Shown: positions 42,218-52,060 of the stretch, piece by piece
How positions within the stretch are numbered: the stretch's first letter is position 1
How the letters are laid out: the number at the start of each line of letters is the position of its first letter
Source: the human T2T-CHM13v2.0 reference genome, Homo sapiens
Strand: one strand, 5' to 3'
DNA length: 64,000 bases
Assembly: GCF_009914755.1 (NCBI RefSeq)
Contig: NC_060927.1
Program-made: the position numbers and the translations under genes
Notes under the pieces: model-generated
What the model was told of the DNA's origin: nothing
Databases searched by the model: none
The model's input: the letters and a program-made list of their open reading frames with translations, nothing else

Positions 42218-45200
42218 TCAATACAAATATACTTTTGGGGCATGGTCACATATTTAGCACTATGCAGGGAGCTGTTGGATAATGGGGGGAATTCACAGAG
42301 ACTTAATAAAAAGTAATTGCAATTGGTGGTGTTTAAGGTCAAAAAATAAAAATCATCCAAAAAATTCTGGAGTAAATGATAAAAGTAATTTGGTCCAAGA
42401 GGAGCAAATGATAAAAGTAATTGTTTAAAAAATTGTAAGAAAATAATGATAAAAAGTAAATATGATGAAGGTGAGTTTGAAGGGAATGACAGCTAGCACA
42501 ATAGAATAAAAAGAATGCTGGATTTTTAAAGTGCAGGTCCATATTCAAATCATAACACTACCACTGCCCCTTCCATACAATCTTTGGGCCAGACAATTAG
42601 CTCTTTATCCTTGGTGCCACTTCTACATAATGATGTTGAATCATTATCTCTTTGTGGCCATCCTCTACCTCACCCATGTATTGTCTGGTGAGTAGGTCAG
42701 TTATTATACTAACATTGGATACTAATTTACTGATTTTTTTTTCCATTCACTATCCCTCAGACACAAAAGCTCACCAGCTATCCAGAGGTATCAGCATTCA
42801 ATACTCAAGGATGCCATCATCAAAAGAAACTATTGATCTCTGTTAACATCCAGTGACATGAACTCATGTAGGATGCACCACCCCATTTTCTCTTGGGTGA
42901 TTTCACATTCCACATCCTATTCTGAAAACTTCAAACTCTTGTAACGTTTATGAGATAATGGAATATGGGTCAAATAAGTGCCTCCAAGTTGCTCACGTCA
43001 GCAATCCCATAACTAAATGGGCAGTCAGATGAAATTATCAGAAGCACAGATGGCACTCGACTGTGTTTAGTGCAGGAGAATTCCCTCTCAAAACACGCAT
43101 GGCTTGAGTTCTCCCTTATGCTACTCCCTTTGTGGAAATGTGTTATGTGTAATCAACCTCTCTTTTCCCACATGCCTGAGAAATGCAATTCCTTTCTTGA
43201 TAGGGAAGATTGGCCCCTGACTGATTTTCGTTATATTTATATGTTCTCAACCTTGCTGGGCATGCATCAGCTGGGTCTCTGCACTGCCAAAATGATGGAT
43301 GGGGCTCTGGAATAGAAAGGAGATGCATTCCCATGGGATGGAGTTTCTCTCCATCTCTCTGTTCTGAAGATGTATCATCTCACAGCTGGCAGCCACAGAA
43401 ACAACACAGAGATCCCGAGACACAACAAAATGCTCTGAGAAAGAGAATTTGGGGATTTAAAATACAGTGAAAAGGGTCAGAGTATTCCATTCTAGTTTTG
43501 GCTCTGACACTAACTAAATATGTGACCTAGCATAAATCATATCAATTCATTGGTAAATGAGATTCTTTCTTCTGCCTTACCTATTTCAGGGGCCAATTTG
43601 AAGGTGAAAATGACATTAGAAATACAAAGCGTTTTAATAAATATTATCACACATCATCTGTCTGAGATAAAGACTCAAGCTGTTTCCTGCAGAGCACTCA
43701 TTTGACCCACAGCAGAACAGCTTTGGGCTTACTTGTAAGGTGGGGTGTTGGAGGGTCCGCAGGGTTTTAATCCCACCTCCAACTCTGGCTACATGTGACA
43801 CCCTTGGCAAATCACTCAAATTTAGCTATAAACCTTCTTTTCCTTATCTACAAAATAGTTAATTCATAGTTATTGTCAGGTTCCTTCCATGGATGACAAC
43901 ATTTAACACTAGTGGGTTGATTCTAGCTCTGGATGTTCTGAAAGTTTGATTCCCTACTGGTTCCATTTGGTGCAGTGTTTGTTTAAAAAATTGAAGTCAA
44001 CTCATGGAATGTTAACAAGACAAGTCATGGAGGAGGCAAAGTTGCTTTCTGGGTGCCTGTACCAGCACTCACCTTGAGGCCCTTCTTCCTCCTCTCACCC
44101 CAAGCATCCCTTCAGTGAGCTCAAGTTTTTTGTGGGATATTAAGGCAGCTCTTTTTTTACACTGCCCAGTGGAAGAATAACTTAAATACAAGACACTGTT
44201 TTCCAGAATGTGCATCTTATGCAGCCAGGCAGAGGACACAAGAGAGTCTGGAGGATAATTCTGAAGTGTGCACAAAGATGCTCAAGAGATAGGAAGTTAG
44301 AGAAGAGAATGCAGCAGCGGAAATATCTTACTGGAATATTCTCTCTGTAACCATGGCTATAGTAGAAATAATCACAGCAGTTTTTTGAGCATCTATTGTG
44401 CAAATGTTTTCCAATATACTGTAATGTATGTAATTTCATTCAGTCCTCATAAAGGTGCTACAGGATAAATATTATCATTCCCATTTTATAGAGGGGGAAA
44501 AGACGCAAAGTTATATACCTCCTGGCCGAAGTCAGACAGAAGTAAGTGAGAGGAAGAGGATTGGTCTAAGGCATCATGATGCCTTGCAGCTGTGTCTTAC
44601 ACCCCACACTCTTGGGTTTTTAAAAGTTCATTTGGCCAACCACATAACTCACCCCAAATGGCCAGGGTAGAGTCTACTGGACCTTGGGCAGATGTTTTCC
44701 TCCCTTTACGAACCCGCCAAAAGCCTCAGTTCCTAAATCTCTAAATAAGAAGTAGTTCTCTGGACTTAAAAGAGAGAAGGAAATAATAAATAGAAAAGAT
44801 CCCAATTACACATGGAAAAAAATGATGGTGAAAAAAGCCCACTAAAAATGGAAGCCAAGATTTCCTAGAAAAAGGGAGAGAAAAGTTTTAGACTTTATCT
44901 TAAAAAGCTAAAATGTATGAAAATAAGATGATTCGGAATTTAATAGAAACACAGGTTATATTGCAATTATTTGCTAAGTATTAAAATTAACATATAATTA
45001 AGTATTTTGAGGCCAGTTTTCAAAGAAATTATGACATATTAGCATGATATGACACCCTTCAATGCACCACCATAAAGACCTTTTGAGAAAAAAAATTGAG
45101 GTTTCATCAGTTTTCCCAAAGGCCACACTGCATCCTTTGATATTTAAATGATCAATTTATTGTCTTTTAAAGCCTATCATGTCATCATCCTTGTCAATTT

Positions 45201-45941
45201 TCTCTTCTTCAGTTATTAACGGTCTAATTCTGTCAGATCCTCCTTTGTCAATTACTTTGTATGTGATTAGAGAAATTCTCCATCATCCTTTTCATCTTGG
45301 CAAAACTCTGCCTATTTTCCAAGATACACAGTTTCCTTTTGCAATCAAATTACGATGTATTTGAGCTGTGTTATCAGATGTTTGACAGCAACCTGCAAAG
45401 ATACTGATGCTGTGGATATAGAGAGAAGAGCATGGAATGAAGAGGGACCCTTGCATGGGGACTAATTTTAATAAGTGATGAGTTTATTGGTACAGGCTGT
45501 CATCAGTGATGTCTTTTGTCCCACTCTCCATATCTTTGTAACTTCGGGGATGGTGATAAATAATACTTGGTAAGAGTATTCTCTATAGTAGAAAAATAAT
45601 AATTCTTAAGTCGTGCAGAGCTCTTCACAATCTAATCTTGTATCCAACTCTTTGTGTCCCCTAACAGCATCCCTTAGAGAGAGGTGACACATGCATTTCC
45701 CAGATGAGGGAGCTGAAACTTAGCAGGCTGTACACTTTTTGGAATTTGCAAACTAACCCACTCTCTGCCTTCTAGCAGCAATTTTCATGTATTGTCTTCT
45801 TGCTTGGTATTGGGAACTGTATTAAGTACTCAACATGTATCACCTCCTTTATTCCTGATAATTGTACTACTAGGTGATGAGCATGGTTAATTTTATTTTT
45901 AAAAGAACAAAACTGAGGATAACTAAAGCTAAGGAACTTTC

Positions 45942-46237
45942 TGTGTTAAGTCACTTATTGTTGCAATAATACCACATAACAAATGACTTAAAAAATCTCA
46001 ACAGCTTCCAGCAACCAACATTTATTTCTCACTAAAAGGATCAGCTGGAGGGTTGAGCTCACTCTGATTTAGGCTACTGGTTGGGTTCAGTTATCTTCCA
46101 CGTGTCATTCATTTCTAACCTAAGCTGAAGGTGCAGTAGCTTGGGGCAAAATCTTCTACTGACTAATGGCAGTAGCATTCATCATGGGTGGCATGAGGCC
46201 AGCTAACCCATCAAGCATATTTAAAGCCTATGCCATT
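45942..46237 (-). mobile_element. MLT1 (H/I-like) LTR, left part; target of the HERV-H insertion
   Basis: CATAACAAATGACTT...CAACATTTATTTCTCAC...GGTTGGGTTCAG...AAGCATATTTAAAGCCT; similarity resumes right after the provirus. Confidence 0.6.
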
Positions 46238-46650
46238 TGTCAGGCCTCTGAGCCCAAGCTAAGCCATCATATCCCCTGTGACCTGCACGTACACATCCAG
46301 ATGGCCGGTTCCTGCCTTAACTGATGACATTCCACCACAAAAGAAGTGAAAATGGCCTGTTCCTGCCTTAACTGATGACATTGTCTTGTGAAATTCCTTC
46401 TCCTGGCTCATCCTGGCTCAAAAGCTCCCCCACTGAGTACCTTGTGACCCCCACTCTGCGTGCCAGAGAACAACCCCCCTTTGACTGTAATTTTCCTTTA
46501 CCTACCCAAATCCTATAAAACGGATCCACCCCTATCTCCCTGCGCTGACTCTCTTTTCAGACTCAGCCCGCCTGCACCCAGGTGAAATAAACAGCCATGT
46601 TGCTCAAACAAAGCCTGTTTGGTGGTCTCTTCACACGGACATGCATGAAA
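46238..46650 (+). promoter_or_regulatory. HERV-H 5' LTR (LTR7 family): U3 repeats, TATA box, GC/GT box, poly(A) signal
   Basis: Two 31-bp U3 repeats (46301-46331, 46352-46382), ACAAAAGA at 46337-46344, TATAAAA at 46514-46520, CCACCCC at 46526-46532, AATAAA at 46586-46591. Confidence 0.95.
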
Positions 46651-46652
46651 TT

Positions 46653-46670
46653 TGGTGCCGTGACTCAGAT
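46653..46670 (+). other. Primer-binding site complementary to tRNA-His
   Basis: TGGTGCCGTGACTCAGAT, one mismatch from the canonical HERV-H PBS TGGTGCCGTGACTCGGAT, 2 nt after the 5' LTR. Confidence 0.93.
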
Positions 46671-46793
46671 CGGGGGACCTCCCTTGGGAGATCAACCCCC
46701 TGTCCTCCTGTTCTTTGCTCCATGAAAAAGATTCACCTACCACCTCAGGTCCTCAGACCCACCAGCCCAAGGAACATCTCACCAATTTTAAAT

Positions 46794-46802
46794 TGGGTAA
46801 GC
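46794..46802 (+). promoter_or_regulatory. HERV-H leader splice donor
   Basis: TGG/GTAAGC with GT at 46797-46798, about 150 nt after the 5' LTR, where the HERV-H major donor is known to lie. Confidence 0.7.
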
Positions 46803-47065
46803 GGCCTCTTCTTACTCTCTTCTCCAACCTCTCTTACTATCCCTCAACCACTTTCTCCTTTCCACTCTTCAATCTCTCCCTTCTCTTGATTTCAATTCCT
46901 TTCATTTTCTGGTAGAGACAAAGGAGACATGTTTTATCCATGGACCCAAAACTCCGGCGCCAGTCACGGACTGGGAAGGCAGCCTTCCCTTGGTGTTTAA
47001 TCATTGCAGGGACACCTCTTTGATTATTCATCCAGGTGTCAGACCACGGAGGGACGCCTGCCTTG

Positions 47066-47430
47066 CTCCTTCACCCTTAGCGGCAAGTCCTGCTTTTCTG
47101 GGGGAGGGGCAAGTACCCCAACCCCTTCTGTGTCTCTACCCCTTCTCTGCCTTTCTGGGGGGCAAGAAACCCCCAACCCCTTCTCCTTCACCCTTAGTGG
47201 CAAGTCCCACTTTTCTGGGGAAGGGGCAAGTACCCCAACCTCGTATCTCTGCACCCCTATCCCTTATTTCCATGCCCTGACCTCTTATCTCTGCACCCCA
47301 ATCCCTTATTTCCACGCCCCAACCTCTTATATCTCTGTGCCCTGATCCCTTATTTCCACACCCTGACCTCGTATCTCTGTGCCCCAACCCCTTTCCCACT
47401 TTTCTGGAGGGTAAGAACCCCCGAACCCCT
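47066..47430 (+). repeat. HERV-H leader (pre-gag) internal repeats
   Basis: Two copies of CTCCTTCACCCTTAG(C/T)GGCAAGTCC...GGGGCAAGTACCCCAACC and about 3.5 copies of a 41-43-bp unit TATCTCTG..CCC..ATCCCTTATTTCCA..CCC..ACCTC (47238-47390). Confidence 0.85.
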
Positions 47431-48373
47431 TCCCTCCATGTCTCTACTCTCTCTTTTCTCTAGGCTTGCTTCCTTCACTATAGGCAACATTCCATCCTCC
47501 ATTCCTCCTTCTTCTCCCTTAGCCTGTGTTCTTAAGAACTTAAAACCTCTTCAACTCTCACCTGACCTAAAATCTAAGCATCTTATTTTCTTCTGCAATG
47601 CCGCTTGACCCCAATACAAACTCGACAGTAGTTCCAAATAGCCAGAAAACGGCACTTTCAATTTTTCCATCCTGCAAGATCTAAATAATTCTTGTCAAAA
47701 AATAGGCAAATTGTCTGAGGTGCCTGACGTCCAGGCATTCTTTTACACATCGGTCCCTTCCTAGTCTCTGTGCCCAATGCAACTTGTCCCAAATCTTCCT
47801 CCTTTCCCTCCCGCCTGTCCCCTCAGTCCCAACCCCAAGCATCACTGAGTTTCTAATCTTCCTTTTCTACAGACCCATCTGACCTCTCCCCTCCTCCCCA
47901 GGCTGCTCCTCGCCAGGCTGAGATAGGTCCCAATTCTTCCTCAGCCTCCGCTCCTCCATCCTATAATCCTTTTATCACCTCCCCTCCTCACACCTGCTCC
48001 GGCTTACAGTTTCATTCCGTGACTAGCCCTCCCCCACCTGCCCAGCAATTTGCTCTTAAAAAGGTGCCTGGAGCTAAAGGCATAGTCAAGGTTAATGCTC
48101 CTTTTTCTTTATCCCAAATCAGATAGCGTTTAGGCTCTTTTTCATCAAATACAAAAATCCAGCCCAGTTCATGGCTTGTTCAGCAGCAACCCTGAGACAC
48201 TTTACAGCCCTAGACCCTAAAAGGTCAAAAGGCCATCTTATTCTCAATATACATTTTATTACCCAATCTGCTCCCTACATTAAATAAAACTCCAAAAATT
48301 AAATTCTAGCCCTCAAACCCCACAACAGGATTTAATTAACCTTGCCTTCAAGGTTTACAATAATAGAAAAAAG

Positions 48374-48679
48374 TTGCAATTCCTTGCCTCCACTGTGAAA
48401 CAAACCCCAGCCACATCTCCAGCACACAAGAACTTCCAAATGCCTGAACCGCAGCGGCCAGGCCTTCCTCCAGAACCTCCTCCCCCAGGAGCTTGCTACA
48501 AGTGCCAGAAATCTGGCCACCAGGCCAAGGAATGCCCACAGCCCAGGATTCCTCCTGAGCCGCGTCCCATCTCTGTGGGACCCCACTGGAAATTGGACTG
48601 TTCAACTCACCTGGCAGCCACTCCCAGAGCGCCTGGAACTCTGGCCCAAGGCTCTCTGACTGACTCCTTCTTGGCTTAG
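48374..48679 (+). pseudogene. gag: HERV-H gag remnant (nucleocapsid region)
   Basis: Translation has the CCHC zinc knuckle CYKCQKSGHQAKEC and a degenerate second knuckle RPISVGPHWKLDC; upstream gag is disrupted and the ORF starts at a non-ATG codon. Confidence 0.88.
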
Positions 48680-48759
48680 CAGCTAAAGACTAATGCTGCC
48701 CGATTGCCTCGGAAGCCCCGTAGACCATCACGGACGCGGAGCTTTAGGTAACTCTCACA

Positions 48760-49118
48760 GGGAGGGTACGTCCGTCCCCTTCTTAATCAATACGGAGGCT
48801 ACCCACTCCACATTACCTTCTTTTCAAGGGCCTGTTTCCCTTGCCTCCATAACTGTTGTAGGTATTGACGGCCAGGCTTCTAAACCTCTTAAAACTCCCC
48901 CACTCTGGTGCCAACTTAGACAATACTCTTTTAAGCACTCCTTTTTAGTTATCCCCACCTGCCCAGTTCCCTTATTAGGCCGAGACACTTTAACTAAATT
49001 ATCTGCTTCCCTGACTATTCCTGGACTACAGCTACATCTCATTGCTGCCCCTGTTCCCAATCCAAAGCCTCCTTTGCGTCCTCCTCTTGTATTCCCCCAC
49101 CTTAACCCACAAGTATAA
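48760..49118 (+). pseudogene. pro: HERV-H protease remnant, catalytically dead
   Basis: VPFLINTEATHSTL (D-T-G active site reads N-T-E), VVGIDG flap, PTCPVPLLGRDTL. Confidence 0.88.
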
Positions 49119-49136
49119 GATACCTCTACTCCCTCC

Positions 49137-50880
49137 TTGGTGACCAATCATGCACCCCTTACCATCTCATTAAAACCTAATCACCCTTACCCCGCTCAAT
49201 GCCAATATCCCATCCCACAGCATGCTTTGAAAGGACTAAAGCCTGTTATCACTCGCCTGCTACAGCATGGCCTTTTAAAACCTATAAACTCTCCTTACAA
49301 TTCCCCCATTTTACCTGTCCTAAAACCAGACAAGCCTTACAAGTTAGTTGAGGATCTATGCCTTATCAACCAAATTGTTTTACCTATCCACCCCATGGTG
49401 CCAAACCCATATACTCTCCTATCCTCAATACCTCCCTCCACAATCCATTATTCTGTTCTGGATCTCAAACATGCTTTCTTTACTATTCCTTTGCACCTGT
49501 CATCCCAGCCTCTCTTCTCTTTCACTTGGACTGACCCTGACACCCATCAGACTCAGAAAATTACCTGGGCTGTACTGCCGCAAGGCTTCACAGACAGACC
49601 CCATATCTTCAGTCAAGCCCAAATTTCATCCTCATCTGTTACCTATCTCAGCATAATTCTCATAAAAACACACATGCTCTGCCTGCTGATCGTGTCTGAT
49701 TAATCTCCCAAACCTCAATCCCTTACAAAACAACAACTCCTTTCCTTCCTAGGCATGGTTAGTGCGGTCAGAATTCTTACACAAGAGCCAGGACCGCACC
49801 CTGTAGCCTTTCTGTGCAAACAACTTGACCTTACTGTTTTAGCCTAGCCATCATGTCTCCGTGCAGCGGCTTCTGCTGCCCTAATACTTTTAGAGGCCCT
49901 CAAAATCACAAACTATGTTCAACTTACTCTCTACATTTCTCATAACTTCCAAAATCTATTTTCTTCCTCATACCTGACGCATATACTTTCTGCTCCCCAG
50001 CTCCTTCAGCTGTACTCACTCTTTGTTAAGTCCCACAATTACCATTGTTCCTGGCCCGGACTTCAATCCAGCCTCCCACATTATTCCTGATACCACACCT
50101 GACCCTCATGACTGTATCTCTCTGATCCACCTGACATTCACCCCATTTCCCCATATTTCCTTCTTTCCTGTTCCTCATCCTGATCATGCTTGATTTATTG
50201 ATGGCAGTTCCACCAGGCCTAATCGCCACACACCAGCAAAGTCAGGCTATGCTATAGTACAAGCCACTAGCCCGCCCCTTAGAACCTCTCATTTTCTTTC
50301 CATCGTGGAGATCTATCCTCAAGGAAATAACTTCTCAGTGTTCCATCTGCTATTCTACTACTCCTCAGGGATTATTCAGGCCCCCTCCCTTCCCTACACA
50401 TCAAGCTCGAGGATTTGCCCCCACCCAGGACTGGCAAATTAGCTTTACTCAACATGCCCCGAGTCAGATAACTAAAATACCTCTTAGTCTAGGTAGACAC
50501 TTTCACTGGATAGGTACAGGTCTTTCCTACAGGGTCTGAGAAGGCCACCGCAGTCATTTCTTCCCTTCTGTCAGACATAATTCCTCAGTTTAGCCTTCCC
50601 ACCTCTATACAGTCTGATAACAGACCAGCCTTTATTAGTCAAATCAGCCAAGCAGTTTTTCAGGCTTTTAGTATTCAGTGAAACCTTTATATCCCTTACA
50701 GTCCTCCGTCTTCAGGAAAAGTAGAACAGACTAAAGGTCTTTTAAAAACACACCTCACCAAGCTCAGCCACCAACTTAAAAAGGACTGGACAATACTTTT
50801 ACCACTTTCCCTTTTCAGAAGTCAGACCTGTCCTCAGAATGCTACAAAATACGCCCATTTGAGCTCCTGTATAGATGCTC
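49137..50880 (+). pseudogene. pol: HERV-H pol remnant (RT, RNase H and integrase fragments, with deletions and stops)
   Basis: RT motifs SPYNSPILPVLKP, YSVLDLKHAFF, WAVLPQGF with no YxDD following; RNase H *FIDGSS at 50191-50211; integrase DWQISFT (about 50429) and IQSDNRPAF (50607-50633). Confidence 0.9.
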
Positions 50881-51499
50881 CTTTTTATTAGGCCCCAGTC
50901 TCATTCCAGACACCAGACCAACTTAGACTGTACCCCAAAAAAACTTGTCATCCCTACTATCTTCTGTCTAGTCATACTCCTATTCATCGTTCTCAACTAC
51001 TCATACATGCCCTGCTCTTGTTTACACTGCCGGTTTACACTGTTTCTCCAAGCCATCACAGCTGATATCTCCTGGTGCTATCCCCAAGCTGCCACTCTTA
51101 ACTCTTGAAGTAAATAAATAATCTTTGCTGACAGGACTATGCTGAATTTCCTTAGGCACTCTAATTAGATGTCCTAGGTCCTCCCAATTCTTAGACTTTT
51201 AATACCTGTTTTTCTCCTTCTCTTATTCCGTTTAGTTTTTCAATTCATACAAAACTGTATCCAGGCCATCAACAATAATTCTAAATGACAAATGTTCCTT
51301 CTAACAACCCCACAATATCACTCCTTACCACAAAATCTTCCTTCAGCTTAATCTCTCCCACTCTAGGTTCCCACGCCACCCCTAATCCCGCTGGAAGCAG
51401 CCCTGAGAAACATCGCCCATTATCTCTCCATACCATCCCCCAAAATTTTTGCTGTCCCGACACTTTACCACTATTTCGTTTTATTTTTCTTATTAATAT

Positions 51500-51512
51500 A
51501 AGAAGACAGGAA
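51500..51512 (+). other. Polypurine tract of HERV-H
   Basis: AAGAAGACAGGAA immediately before the 3' LTR TG. Confidence 0.85.
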
Positions 51513-51925
51513 TGTCAGGCCTCTGAGCCCAAGCTAAGCCATCATATCCCCTGTGACCTGCACGTACACATCCAGATGGCCGGTTCCTGCCTTAACTGAT
51601 GACATTCCACCACAAAAGAAGTGAAAATGGCCTGTTCCTGCCTTAACTGATGACATTGTCTTGTGAAATTCCTTCTCCTGGCTCATCCTGGCTCAAAAGC
51701 TCCCCCACTGAGTACCTTGTGACCCCCACTCTGCCTGCCAGAGAACAACCCCCCTTTGACTGTAATTTTCCTTTACCTACCCAAATCCTATAAAACGGCC
51801 CCACCCCTATCTCCCTGCGCTGACTCCCTTTTCAGACTCAGCCCGCCTGCACCCAGGTGAAATAAACAGCCATGTTGCTCACACAAAGCCTGTTTGGTGG
51901 TCTCTTCACATGGACGCGCATGAAA
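51513..51925 (+). promoter_or_regulatory. HERV-H 3' LTR (LTR7 family)
   Basis: 413 bp, 405/413 identical to the 5' LTR by manual comparison; TATAAAA 51789-51795 followed by GGCCCCACCCC; AATAAA 51861-51866. Confidence 0.95.
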
Positions 51926-51930
51926 CCACT

Positions 51931-52060
51931 GTCATGTCTACTAACCTGTCATTGTCCAAAACAAATCACTGGACATACACAAAGTCAGTGAGATAAAGAC
52001 ATAGAATCTGTCTATCTACTGGTAAGTATTCAAAGTTACATGCCTAAGGTTATAGATGAA
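51931..52060 (-). mobile_element. MLT1 LTR, right part continuing after HERV-H
   Basis: GTCATGTCTACTAACCTGTCATTGTCCAAAACAAATCAC...CAAAGTCA resembles the MLT1 block that normally follows TTTAAAGCCT. Confidence 0.55.

Larger units (their letters stand above)
46238..51925 (+). mobile_element. HERV-H provirus, common internally deleted (about 5.7 kb) form with two LTR7-type LTRs
   Basis: 413-bp direct repeats starting TGTCAGGCCTCTGAGCCCAAGCTAAGCC and ending GCATGAAA; His PBS; PPT; TSD CCATT (46233-46237) / CCACT (51926-51930); gag-pro-pol remnants in order; no env ORF. Confidence 0.98.

Noticed and set aside
46653-46670. tRNA-like sequence
   Set aside because: Only the 18-nt retroviral PBS complementary to tRNA-His; no cloverleaf or A/B boxes
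47066-47430. Regularly spaced repeats superficially like a CRISPR array
   Set aside because: Degenerate tandem units without unique spacers, no cas genes, eukaryotic context; known HERV-H leader repeats
48693-49703. Protease and RT ORFs as functional enzymes or a domesticated gene
   Set aside because: Protease catalytic Asp is lost (NTE), RT LDLKDAFF reads LDLKHAFF and YxDD is absent; frames are broken by stops
50880-51499. Possible env gene
   Set aside because: Only about 600 bp between integrase and PPT, with no long ORF, furin site or immunosuppressive domain visible; env is essentially deleted
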